From: Octopus vulgaris
Taxonomy: Eukaryota
Assembly: GCA_951406725.2 (NCBI GenBank)
Contig: OX597815.1
Span: 66,712,001 to 66,776,000 of the forward strand
Length of the DNA: 64,000 bases
Direction: 5' to 3'
Each line of letters begins with the position of its first letter. Position 1 is the first letter of the stretch. The position numbers and the translations under genes are program-made. Below the pieces are notes generated by a model. The model saw nothing but the letters and a program-made list of their open reading frames with translations, did no database searches and was not told the origin of the DNA. Below are positions 13,381 through 26,150 of this stretch, piece by piece.

Positions 13381-14706
13381 CATCTAATGCTGTATTTTAG
13401 TATAAGGATATTATACAGAGTGCAGCAAAACGTTTCAAAAGCAAACAGACAATATGCAGTAGTTCAAAGCATAATGCTAACTGAAAAGAAAACGGTAAAA
13501 TATTAGCTACATGAAGACGTGATTACCACCCGCCTCACTTTACTAACGTCACACTAATAGCCATGTAAAATATGGGGGCAAAGGGTTCTGTATTTATAGA
13601 GCCTGAAGAGGCTCACAAAAGTGAGTCCGGCGTCACTTGGACTAAAATTCTAGATCAGAACTCATTAGCCCGGGTGATAGCAATCTGTTGGGGAGGGGCG
13701 TTGTAAGGTTATAAAAGAACGGCATATATCAAGAGCACTCTATCGGGGCTCCGGGCGACTGTGATTTAAACCACGTACAATGCTTGCATCTTAAACATTT
13801 TCAAAAATATATTTGTCAAGATTAAAATATGAGTGGTACGTTGTGTTATCAGTGAGTAGAAGATGACTTATGATGTGGCAATATCTGTAACGATCTTTAG
13901 ATCTGATTAATGTAGTTAATACAGAGAGAGATAGAATGATGTTATAAGAGAACAGAATTCGAACGAGTGAGAGTGAGAGAGTGTGGGACGTTGTCTGACA
14001 GTAAACTTCATTTTCCCCTCTGATCAAGGTTGGTCAGCCGGACTCGTTGAGTCGTCACGATGTGATTGACTGATTTTTGCTTGGGATGTGCTTGCTTATA
14101 TTAAGATCCAGAAGGATAGATATATCATTGAGAACAATAGATTTAGTTGGTGGTCTTGTTATCACTATTCTAGCTTTTGGTGAAGTAGAAGAGGTTTGAA
14201 AGGGTCAAGTGGTGACGACATTATTTCGGCCTAGCTAAAGGCATCTGGAAGATGTAAAACTGCTGTCAGAGAAAAACCATTGTTCCACCGTGGGAAAAGT
14301 TCTGTAGCAGTGTTAGTTTAAATTTTGCTATAGTGGATCGAATCCACTTCATGCATGCAAGATTCGCTACAGATCTAATATAATTTCATTTATCAAGTCC
14401 GCACCTTTCTTTTTAATTTTATATTTTAGTCAGGAGGGAACACCCATTGCAGGGTCTTTGAGATTGGAGGGAGTAGGAGGGCGGTATCTTCAATCAAAGA
14501 CATGGCCTGAATGCTTGCAACAGAGTGTACTCGCTAAAGGTACCCATGAGGCCAGGGTGGCGTTAAACTGGGCGAGGGATTACGTCTACCACCCAACTAA
14601 GCCATGACGAGATTTGAACTTAGAACTAAAAAGACCGGGGTAGATAGTAAAAAGCACCCAGTCCGAGATTATTGCAGCTCCTCTATTTCACCATTGGGGG
14701 GGGGGT

Positions 14707-15023
14707 TCTTTTTATCGAGCTCGAAAGGAGAAAGGGCGAAGATAACTTAGGCAGAATTTGAACTCAGAACGTAGCAGCAGACGAAATACCTATTTCTTTA
14801 CCACCCACAAGAGGCTAAACACAGAGGGAGCAAACAAGGACAGACAAACGGATTAAGTCGATTACATCGACCCCAGTGCGTAACTGGTACTTAATTTATC
14901 GACCCCGAAAGGATGAAAAGCAAAGTCGACCTCGGCGGAATTTGAACTCAGAACGTAACGGCATACGAAATACGGCTACGCATTTCACTCGGCGTGCTAA
15001 CGTTTCTACCAGCTCGCCGCCTT
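14707..15023 (-). mobile_element. SINE family A (two stacked copies)
   Basis: Same sequence as 2785-3000 and 25655-25888; CpGs retained. Confidence 0.85.
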
Positions 15024-16564
15024 CAAAGCAACAGATAATGCAGCTATTATTATCGAATATTTGCATACGATGAACACATGTTTGTGACTATGAGATCTTG
15101 TTAAGGTATCATTGAAAGCCAAGTAGTATCTTAAATATATCGGTATTTATTTATTATCAGTGAAGATGACATGCAATCCAAAATGAATCATGTTATGCTA
15201 TCATCTATCTTTTAATTCATGTTTGGAGCAGATGGTTGCGCCAATCGAGCAGCACAAGATAGTTATTTTGGGATATCGTAATTTATGTAACGGCCATTAA
15301 CCTTTGCTTCCCTATCAATGATCAGTAAATTGTATATAAGTAAACGGTTAGGTCAAGGTTAAGAAATCTATTCTCAGTGGTTAACGACCGTAGTGTGATG
15401 AAGTATTAATAAACGTTGATACGTTGATACCTATAAGTCAACAATTTATATGAAGAGAGATGTTAAAAAGTATTGAGCCCACAGAAATGTAATTGACCGA
15501 TTTGATAGGGCAGAAGTCAATTAACCTAAGAAACATTGTGCTGTGTACATTGTGAAGACTGTTTTCTTATGACAAGCACAGTCCATTCGTGAGTAAATAG
15601 AAACTCCAACGTGGTTTACATCCTTCTGCATTGTTTTACTCTTTTACTTCCTGTAGTCATGGGACTGCAGCCATACTGAAGCAGACATAACCTATGTGAG
15701 GTGTTTTCGTTATTTCAATTCTCTGAACGCTGTAAACTCACAGAAAGTTTGTTTACAATGCAGTTTCGATTTTTGCTTCAAGTCTTTTCAACCAATCCAA
15801 TCATCGTATCTTTCTTTGATTAACACACACTTCTGATTTGTGGTGTCTTCTTTACAATCCCTTGGAATGTGGTTCAAATCAAGCGGAACGCTTAGGCTTT
15901 GTTCACATAATCATATTTTATTATAGATAAACCGTTTTAAGGCGGCGAGTTGGCAGAATTTCTTCTGGCTCTTTACGTTCTGAGTTTACTCTCCACGAAG
16001 GTCATCTTTACCTTTCATCTCACCGGGATCGATAAAATAAAGTGCCTATCAATGGTTTGTGTATGTGTGTATATGTAATTGTATGTGTGCGACCATGTGC
16101 ATGTGCGCCTTTCGGCGAATGATGTTTCGTGTTTAATACAAGCAAGCAAGGTCTTTTTTGTAGTGAGAAGGGAAGTGAATGATGTAATATAGAGTTAAAA
16201 CAAGAGTTAATTTCGTTAATGAAAACCATTTAATTGCTCTAAAAATGTCAGTTAGATCATAGCAGATGTTGAACCCACAAGATGTTCAACAGTTGTACAT
16301 GGAAAAACTACACAGTTAATACATGCAAAAAGAACTCGCTAGCTAAAACAATCAGGAAATTGCCGGCTAAAAGGCGACCTACAATAGTGTAAAGATACTT
16401 ATGTGGCTTGTCTACAAGGTGTGTCTCTTTTCTACTAAAAAAGAGGTTGGAGAATGAACAACCTCAGTAAAGTTTACAGAAATTTCCTACCTTGAATGTG
16501 GTGATATTAAAAACTGATTTTAAAAGAAGTGCTAGATGATTCGCGATTTTGCAATACAACCTTT

Positions 16565-17450
16565 GGATCTTTTCAATTCTGAAGCCAGGACCACAGATCT
16601 TTCTACTTAACTAAATATTCTGAAACTTCGTATGCTGATAGAGTCTAGCAAAACAAGACAGGTTGGAACTAGTTTATTTGAGAAAAATCTATTTTATGAT
16701 TTTAATCGTAGATTAAAACTGCGAATTTTAACCAATCAGATTGTTTGTTTTCATGTGTAAAACTTGACTGCATTCTATTAGTGTGACGTAGAAAGCGCTT
16801 TTGTGACGTACTAACGTTCGGAAAACTGTAAACAAACACAGAACGTAACGGCAGACGAAATACGGCTACGCATTTCGCCCGGCGTGCTAACGTTTCTGCC
16901 AGCTCTTTGCTTTTTTAATATTAAATTTCTTGCCTTTTGCACAAATAAATACAATAAGTGAAATGAAACGCATTAGCTTAGAAACGAAATCTTGTTAGAA
17001 GCCTCGTCACTGAGATGCCACTTCTTAATAGCAAACGAAAGCAAGTACTAACAGAATGGAAACATTTTCAATTTAATACATGTGGCTTATTAACTAGTTT
17101 TAAATATTGTTATTAGAAGGTGGCTGACTATAGGATCCTGGAAACATGAGTACGTTAAATAATTAGAAGGAGATTTCACGGAGACATGCGGCTTGTTTAC
17201 ATTTAAGATGTTTAATACGTCACCAAATTGGTGGTCGAGACGGAGTAAATAAAATAAAGCCGAATGACGGAATATCATTGGTTAAAATTCTAATTATTAA
17301 ACAACGTTAAACTTAGAAGTTACAATTCCGTTTTCATTCTGGTTTACAATTAAGTTTACTTTTGACACATTCTACCAGTATACGAAGTTTCAAATTGTTT
17401 GGTTCAGTAGGAAAAATTTGAAAAAACTGGCTTCAGAATTGAAAAGATCC
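16565..17450. mobile_element. GGATC-ended MITE with 8-bp TSD, no telomere tract; SINE fragment inside
   Basis: TIR ggatcttttcaattctgaagccag / ctggcttcagaattgaaaagatcc. TSD caaccttt at 16557-16564 and 17451-17458. Confidence 0.85.
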
Positions 17451-17625
17451 CAACCTTTTTTAAATGCTGGATATTGTTTAAATTCGTTTCTTCCTCTGTG
17501 TGTGTGTATGTGCATGTATGTGTGTGTGTGTGTGTGTGTGAGTTACATACTTATTAAACTAGGAAACGGTTAATAGTGAGTCTGCGGCTTACTCGCATTC
17601 CCTTTACAGACACACACAAATGTGT

Positions 17626-17678
<53 letters not shown>

Positions 17679-17700
17679 TATGTGTGTGTGTATGTATATA

Positions 17701-20245
17701 TTATGGCTGCCCCCTCGTTAACGAGTAATGGCCATTGCACGAAGCTTAACTGTTACTGGTGCTGTGATCGAATGTGACTTTTTAGCCCAGCTAAAGATCT
17801 ACAATGTATCGTACAGAATTGGCAACTAAAACCTTTACCGGAAATAGCCGGCTGTAGCTGTAACTGGGTTTCATGTACCTTTGCATGTCGTTTAAGTCCT
17901 CCTGCCAAATTACACTCTCTTCCACATGCCCGACAGATATGATTAGTAGTATGGTGTGTTACACCACCACCAGTGGCCAGGTTGTCATCTGTCTCGCTTT
18001 ATGACTACGAAGATGACTCTTGCGTCTAGCTTTACTGAGGCAGGGTCTTGCACAGACACTGCATGTCAGCATCTTAGGAAGACCCTTCCCATCTGGAAGT
18101 GTAACAGCGATGCCCTTCCTGACATCCCTCCTTACTTTCTCATGTGCAACTCGAGATTTCTCAAAAGTGGCTGTCCCCTCGTTCACAATCCTTCTCCACC
18201 TGCTACGATCAATAGCTATGCCTTCCCATGTGTCAGGAGAGATGCAAGCATCTCTTAATGAAGCCTTCAGCAAGTCCTTATACCTCTTTTTTGGTTTATG
18301 TGGAGGTCGTTCTCCTTTAGCTAACTCTCCATAAAAGAGTTGTTTTGGCATCCTTGAATCCTTCATCCTGACCAGATGACCACTCCATCTGAGCCTTTGC
18401 TTTAACACAAGAGCTTCTATACTTTCATACCGAGAGCCTTCCAATATTTCAAGATCACTGATGCGGTCCTTCCACTTAATGCCATAGATCCGTCTGAGAC
18501 ACATCTGATGGAAACGTTCCAGTTGTTTAAGGTGGTATCGATATGTGACCCACGTCTCGCAGGCATAGAGAAGAGAAGGGATCACACATGCCTTGTACAC
18601 CTCTGTCTTTGTCTTTCTGCATATGTCTCGTCGACTCCAGAGGCGCTTTTCTATCCTTCCGAAAGCAACACTTGCTTTCCTAATTCTATATGGAATTTCA
18701 TCATCCAAATTGCTATATCTATTAATAGTACTTCCCAGGTAGACAAACTGATCAACTACATCAAGTCGTTTAGCATACACATCGATATTTGGTACACTAT
18801 ACTGCTTACCAGGGGCTGGTTGATGCATGACAACAGTTTTCTTGAGATTGACCGTCAATCCTAAGGCAGTGCAAGCATCAGAGAATGCATTCAAAATGTG
18901 TTGCATATCAATCTCTGTGTGTGCTGCTAGCTCACAATCATCTGCATACAAAAGGTCTCTTATAATAGAGGTAAATAACTTTGTTTTTGCAGCAAAGTGC
19001 CTGATATTAAATATGCTGCCAGAGGTTCGATAATGGATATAAACACCGTATCTGCAGTTTTTGAATGCAATACAGAACACCATCGCAAAATATATGGAAA
19101 ATAGGGTCGGTGCCAGAATATCCCCCTGTTTCACTCCATTTTGTATTGAAATGGGCTCCGACATTTTCCCTCTAACATTCACCCTACCATTCATGTTTTC
19201 ATGAAAAGACCTAAGCAAAGCAAGGAACTTTTCAGGACACCCAATTTTCTGGAGGACTTTCCACAATGCTTTTCTATTGACGGTATCAAAGGCTTTTGTC
19301 AGATCGACAAAAACCTGATACAAATCCAGACCCTGTTCCACACACTTCTCCTGAAGCTGTCTAGCTGAAAAGATCATATCAGCAGTGCCACATCCCACAC
19401 GAAAGTCAGATTGACTTTCTGGAAGAACACAAACTGCAACGTACTTCAGCAGACGATCCAGAAGTACCCTGCATAAAACCTTTCCTACGACAGACAGTAA
19501 TGATACTCCCCTATAATTACCACAATCATTCCTGTTGTCCTTTCCCTTATACAGGACCACTATTACTGTATCTCTCCAGTCCTCAGGTACAGATTCACTA
19601 GTCTATATCTTACCAAACAAAGAGTGAAGTTTCTGCAGAAGTTTCTCACCACATGCTGTAACTACTCCGCATGTATGCCATCCATACCCGGAGATTTCCC
19701 ATTATTCAACTTTGAGACAGCCATCGCAACTTCTTCCAACTTTGGTGGTTCTGCGATTTCTGCCTTCACAGGTAATCCAGGGATGAGATTGAGAACATCC
19801 TCACTGACTACAGACTGCTGATTCAAAAGTTCATCAAAGTGTTCTTGCCACCTTCGCAGAATTCCTTGTGAAACACGAAGAAGTTCTTTACTATGCCTGC
19901 TCCGAAGTGGTGTCATCAGGGAAGACGTCGGTCCATAAACTCTTCGCAAGAGACCATACAACAGCTTTGTGTTATTGGAATCTGATGCCGCCTGTATCTC
20001 ATCAGCCTTCTTACTCCACCACGTATCCCTCATCTGAGAGAGCCTTTGTCTCACACGTGATTTTACGTCCTTGAGTTCCCTATGCAACACTTCCCTTTCC
20101 TGTAGCTTTGCTGACAAATAGCGTGACAAAGTACGTCTTTTATCAGCCAATAAATCATCTATATGTTCATCATTTTCTTTAAACCAATCTTGATGCTTTC
20201 TTTGTATCAATCCCAGAACTTTCTTGCCTATATCATAAACTGACT
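17701..20245 (-). mobile_element. 5'-truncated RTE-clade LINE
   Basis: RT ORFs plus a short 3'UTR ending in a (TA)/(CA) microsatellite. The endonuclease domain is missing. Confidence 0.92.
17753..20210 (-). pseudogene. RTE reverse transcriptase ORF (two frameshifts) with three C-terminal C2H2 zinc fingers
   Basis: Motifs NYRGVSLLS, FVDLTKAFDTV, GVKQGDILAPTLF, LLYADD, YLGS, LRWSGHLVRM. Fingers CSVC..HLRSH, CRAC..HAKVH and CQFC..HIRSQH; the last two come from manual translation of 17753-17950. Confidence 0.9.
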
Positions 20246-20765
20246 TGTGATCAATAATGCATCATCCATGACCACCACATCTCATTTGTCACTATAGGTC
20301 AAGGATACCATCATCCAAACGGTATTTTATTTTAGATAGTAATTTGAAGGAGATATTGCTGCTAATTTTAGGTCAAGCAAAGCAGCGAGTTGGCGGAACC
20401 GTAAGCACGCCAGACAAAATGCTTTGCCGCATTTCTTCTGACAATACATTCTGAGTTCAAATTCCGCGGAGATTGAAAATAAGTACCAGTTGAGTGTTTG
20501 CTCCTCCCGCTCGTCGAAAGTTCAAATTTTGTGCCTGTAGTAGAAAGAAAAAAATCTTTAGTAGAACCATCGACGGCGTCGCAGTCTCAACCGTTTTTTA
20601 GCTATGGACCCCTTTGATTGCTATTCTATTCTGATGGTCCAACAGTCATTCGGTGATTAAAAACTAGTTTCATAGATACTTTTTTCAAAATTCCTATTTT
20701 GTTCATCACACATTCTCATGTGTAGTTTCAACTATGTAAAAGGTTAGAAAAAGAAATTGAGCTGT

Positions 20766-21365
20766 GTATATTTCGTTTGTCACTGTTATTTATAACATAT
20801 TTCATCTAAGTTACGGTTGTATGAATAAATGAGTGTATCTGAAGCATGTTTACTTCATGGCACCACCATAATCGTTTGTGCTTCATTTTAAATTTTTTTC
20901 CGTAACTCTAACCCTAAAACGCCAACCCTAACCGTAACTCTAACCCTAATCCTAAAATCCTAACCCTAACTCTAAAACCCTAACCCTAGCTCTGACCCTA
21001 AAACCCTAGCCCTAACCCTAAAACCCTAACCGTAAAACCGTAAAACCCTAAAGCTAGAACCAGTACAAACGCACGAACAATGTCATAAATAACAGTGACA
21101 AATGAAATATACACCGCCGATAGTTGTTGTTGACAAACAACGGCAGTAATTTTATTCAGCTGTAATTTTATATACGTCATTGATTGGTTGAAATTACCGA
21201 AATGCGAAAATTTTAACAAGAAATAACTTCCAAACTACAGAATTTTCTCAACAACGCCAAGAGTAAAATATGTTTTATGTGACACTTTCTACCAGTATAC
21301 GAAGTTTGAAAGTGTTTAGTCACAAAAAATTATTTTTTAATCTGTAGGTCAAAAGGTAAAGATCC
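20766..21365. mobile_element. GGATC MITE (left TIR deleted) with degenerate CCCTAA array
   Basis: Ends aaggtaaagatcc, with CCCTAA/ACCGTAA variants at ~20904-21052. The core is the reverse complement of the 30698-31598 core. Confidence 0.8.
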
Positions 21366-21375
21366 GAGCTGTTTC

Positions 21376-22336
21376 GGATCTTTTCGCTTTGACCGGCAGA
21401 TTTTAAAAATAATTTCTTTGTAACTAAACATTCTGTAGTTTGTAAGCTATTTATTTGCTGTTTAATTTCTTGCATTTCGGCAATTTCAACCAATCAATGA
21501 CAACTATTGAGGTGAATACAGTCTCTCCGGATCTTTGCCAACAACAATTATTTGCGGTGTCATATGAATTTGTCACTGTTATTTATGACATATTTCATAT
21601 CAGTTACGTTCGTATGAATAAAAGATTATCGTTATTAAACTTTTATTAATAAACACATATTCTGAGTTCACAACATATGCAGTTTTAATTTCCCTCTCTG
21701 TTGCACAGATACTCACATTACATATATATTCGTTTAAGAAACAGATTGGGTTTATTTACATTTCTGAAGAAAAAAAAGATACCTTCCCCCCACCCCTAAC
21801 CCTAACCCTAACCCTAACCCTAACCCTAACCCTAACCCAACCCTAACCCTAACTCTAACCCTAACCCTAACCCTAACTCTAACCTTAACTCTAACCATAA
21901 CCATAACCCTAACCCAACCCTAACCCTAACCCAGATTGAAATGCAATAGATCGATATTAGGGTCATAATTATTGGTGGACACTAAAGAGGGAACGGTTTT
22001 GTTATCCAGCTCTGTTTACGAGTGACCCCTCAGTTTATGGTCACAGGGTATCTTTTTTCTTATAAATAACAGTGACAAATTCATATGACACCGCAAATAA
22101 TTGTTGTTGACAAAGATCCAGAGAGATTGTATTCACCTCAATAGACGTCATTGATTGGTTGAAATTGCCGAAATGCAAGAAATTAAACAACAAATAGCTT
22201 ACAAACTACAGAATTTTCTCAAGAAAGCCAAGAGAAAAATATTTTTTATAAACACATTCTACCAGTATACGAAGTTTAAAAGTGTTTAGTTACAAAGAAA
22301 TTATTTTAAAATCTGCCGGTCAAAGCGAAAAGATCC
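21376..22336. mobile_element. Complete GGATC MITE with long TIRs, 8-bp TSD and internal (CCCTAA)n
   Basis: TIR ggatcttttcgctttgaccggcagattttaaaa (arms over 200 bp). TSD gctgtttc at 21368-21375 and 22337-22344. Telomere tract at 21794-21932. Confidence 0.9.
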
Positions 22337-23774
22337 GCTGTTTCTTGCAAAAAATACGTCTAAAGCAAAACTTTTTCATGGACTCTTAAAATACTACCAT
22401 GGATCTCCAATTTACCATTTTGCTTGCATGGACATCAAAAATCTTACATTAGATCCCTAGGGGTCATATGAACCCCGATTGAGGACCTACTAATGCATGT
22501 TTCAAGTGAAATTCGCTCAGCAACATATGTAGAGAAGTAGCTAATTTATTTTGTCAACACTCTCTTTCCTTCGATATCTATAGTTCAGATAACGAATACA
22601 AATGGCTAGAGTCTATCATGCTGTTTACATTATACATTTAAAAGTCAAACCATATTTGTTTCATGTAGATTACATTTCACCTCATGTATATAAATAGAAA
22701 TAAACAATTAATTTTATCTGTCACATCATCACCTTGAACCAGTCCTTGAAATATTTCGATCAGTTTCAACTAAAGTCTTCAGTTTTGTTAAATCTATTTG
22801 TTTTATTTATCATATCCAGGTCACAACGTTATCACTTTCCGTTACTATTTTTATAAATTAAATTTTTTTACTGTACTCTATAAATCTTTCGTAAATTTTC
22901 GAGATCCCACGATCTAGCATTTATCTGTTATATTAAAGTGCTTGCGATAAAATCCTGTAGTGTAAACAATCTGTCCTACTGGGAAAAAGGAGTGGTAAAA
23001 GTATATGTGCAGGAGAGAAAGAGATTCAAACGAACATTACTAGCACGTGCACACATGCACATACTTCAACCCCCCCACACACACACACGACAATTATCTG
23101 TGTATGCATGTGTGTGTGTTTTTGTAAAGGAGAGAGTGGGTGATATGAGCATATGTGCACACGCCATTAGCGTTCGTACGTGTGGAAACAAAAATATCGT
23201 TTATTCTTAAGCTACAAATAAGTAAAATATTCCATTTCGATAGTTTAAATCATTTATTAAATCTATATTCGATTGACGGAGTGGGGTGCAAAATTGGTAA
23301 CTGGGGCAAAATGAGCAATTTCTGATTTCTTATTATTTCTTCCCTACTACCTGTTATGTTGCAGAATTTGCATCATCATGTTGCATTGTGGCACCACCTT
23401 TGGGAGTAAACACTTTTCAGCATAGTTGCTTTTGTTGGAGTTGTGAGAATTAGATACGTTTTTTCAAGAAATTTTTCCTCATCTTTGACCCGTTTGTATA
23501 ATAATTGAAGTTGCTAATGAAATATCTGGATAATTTTTGATGTTTTACAATCAATATTCTTTTCTCTGTTGGATTCCAAGTCAATTTTTCCCGCATTAAT
23601 GTCTAATTTGATAATTTCCAGTTCTCAAAAAATTATGTCTAAACTGGGGCAAAATGAGTAATGACTAATTTCAACAATTTCTTCATGATATGCGAATATA
23701 TCATAAGGAGAATTACTCCAGCAGACCGTGAAGAAGCTATAGAGAATATTTTATGTTGAGTTTTTTTATAAATA

Positions 23775-24275
23775 CCGTAAATCCTCGAGTATAATCCGCA
23801 TTTTTTCCCAAAATTTAAAGGTCAAAATCCCTAGTGCGTACTATATACGAGGTTAAAAATGAAAAATATTTTCTAAGCAATGTCCGAGTCTCTGTTTGCT
23901 GTCCGACAATGCTTATTCAGACGCATTTTGTGATCTCGGGCGCGAAAATACCTTAAGCTAAGCCTGAAAGCAATGAAGTCATAAAAGAATCATCTATAAC
24001 TTGCAGTAAGCAACATTTATGAAAATAAAAGTATTCAGAACATGTAACAAAACAATTTGCAAACATATTTACATTCCCATATAACAGTTAAGAACATCAC
24101 TATTATTGTATTACGCATGCACGGAAGTGTTTGTTCGACTAGGTGCTACTGGCTTAATTACGTACGACTCAAGTTAGAGAAGGGGTGCGTATTATACACA
24201 AGGTTTAGGTTTCTCAGAAGTACAGCACCCTAAAAATCCCCTGCGTATTATACTCAAGGGCAGACTATACTCGAG
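23775..24275. mobile_element. pogo/Tigger-like MITE, right end truncated
   Basis: TA + ccgtaaatcctcgagtata; same family as 48111-48622. Confidence 0.8.
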
Positions 24276-24296
24276 TATCTCGAGTATACACGAGTA

Positions 24297-24682
24297 TCTC
24301 AAAACAAAAACTCGAAACAAAAACAAAACGAATAATTTTAGACACACGCGTAACAATTAAATTAATTTAACAATTAAGAAAAAAAAACGAAAGGCTAAAA
24401 TTTAAGGTTAGGGTTAGGGTTAGTGTTAGGGTTAGGGTTAGGGTTAGTGACAGGATGTTGTCTCAGTTTTAAACGCAGCAAATGATTTTAGCTCAATAGA
24501 GGCCATTGATTGGTTAAAATTCGAAAAATTAAACTACGTTAAACTTACAAATTACAATTTTCTCAAGAAAGCCAAGTGAAAAAAATGTTTTATTTTGACA
24601 CATTCTACAAGTATACGAAGTTTAAAAGAGTTTAGTTAAGTAGAAATTGTGTTGAAAACTGCCGTTCAAAAGGAAAAGATCC
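24297..24682. mobile_element. Right half of GGATC MITE with (TTAGGG)n
   Basis: TTAGGG tract at ~24402-24447; ends ggaaaagatcc. Confidence 0.8.
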
Positions 24683-24988
24683 GTGAGCGTTATAGAAAAG
24701 CTACAACAGAAGTGTGTGGTAATAAAATACAAACAAAATATATCAGCGTTCGCTTAATCGTTTTTCTCTTTGGATTCCTGGTGCAGCTGGGTTTTTTTTT
24801 CCATGCTTTTATTTCTATGTCATCCCGATCATCTTCTGTTGATCTTCGTATAGTGGTCTTCGGATGCCTTCTTTATTTCCGTTGGATGAGGTGGCTTTTT
24901 GGCGCCGCTGATTCGACGCGAACTTAACCTCAGACATTTTAATGTTTCTCTCCCTTGTCCTCTTTCTGTTGATATGTGTGAGCATTTA

Positions 24989-25042
<54 letters not shown>

Positions 25043-25126
25043 TGCGTGTGTGTTGTAACTGTATGTGTATATTTCTGCGTACACTGGGTATGTGTGTGTG
25101 GTGTGTTGTTGTTGTTGTTGTTGTTG

Positions 25127-25176
<50 letters not shown>

Positions 25177-25654
25177 ATCTCCTTTGCTAATATGCACTGT
25201 CACCAAAACAGACTGAACGTCCAGCCAGCTGCGCCAAATCCTCAGTGTCCAAAGAGTGGCACCCAGTCATTTCATTCCGCCTTTCGCCTATTGGATTCCA
25301 ATTATCACCTTGGTCTTATGAACCCTGATTTAGTCACCTCGGATTTCCGAAAACTGATAGTCCCTTCGGGTGTTTACATACCCCAATACAAAAATGTTTA
25401 TAGTGTTACAATTATGTAAAATATTGTCATACTGCTGAAAAAATAGCATAACAGGCAATCTCCGTTACAATATACATTAAATCAAAACTGAGATGAAAAT
25501 TATAATAAATTTGTTGCATAAATAATTGTAAATTGTAGATGAAACACACCAGTACTATAATAGAAAAAAAGTTTTATTCATCAAAATAGCCACAATGTAT
25601 TTCCATGAATTGAAATGGAAAGAAAAATCAATGTGAATTCATTATATAGATATT

Positions 25655-25888
25655 ACCTATTTCTTTACTACCCACAAGGGGTTAAACATAGAGTGGACAA
25701 ACAAGGACAGACACACGGATTAAGTCGATTATATCGACCCCAGTGCGTAACTGGTACTTATTTAATCGACCCCGAAAGGAGGAAAGGCAAAATCGACCTC
25801 GGCGGAATTTGAACTCAGACCGTAGCGGCAGACGAAATACCGCTAAGCATTTCGCCCGGCGTGCTAACGATTCTGCCAGCTCGCCGCC
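25655..25888 (-). mobile_element. SINE family A, near-consensus copy
   Basis: Full head GGCGGCGAGCTGGCAGAATCGTTAGC on the minus strand, CpGs intact. Confidence 0.85.
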
Positions 25889-25914
25889 TTCACTCATTAT
25901 ATAGATATTACCGT

Positions 25915-26150
25915 TCACTCGTATTCACCACTGGTTGCTACATTCTTGTAATTTGTGCAAATCACAGTTATTTTATTGTGATTACTCAAACATGTTTCAA
26001 TCCTTTGACCTGACACAAAATGCACATCTCTTTGCCTGGCTTTGTAATGACTGTGAGGTGGTAGAGGCTGTTGCAGCTGCAGTTGAGGGCAACAGTCTTG
26101 CAATAATTGCTCTGAGATTTGTTTGCAACGACGTCTGCCTCCCACGACAA
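25915..26150 (-). pseudogene. Possible decayed piggyBac-type transposase C-terminal Cys-rich fragment
   Basis: Across frames: RRRCKQISEQL, KRCAFCVRSKD, NKITVICTN. Pattern resemblance only. Confidence 0.35.

Larger units (their letters stand above)
20580..22490. mobile_element. hAT-like MITE interrupted by two nested GGATC MITEs
   Basis: 20580-20760 and 22337-22490 join into a homologue of 3681-3989. Confidence 0.6.

Noticed and set aside
13700-14460. Possible decayed RT or viral polymerase (AMGVPS and LDLNI on minus, GDDII on plus)
   Set aside because: Only isolated short motifs on conflicting strands with many stops; not supportable without a profile search.
21794-21932. True telomere or chromosome-fusion scar
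   Set aside because: The tract is short and enclosed by MITE TIRs with a TSD; similar tracts recur in sister elements.
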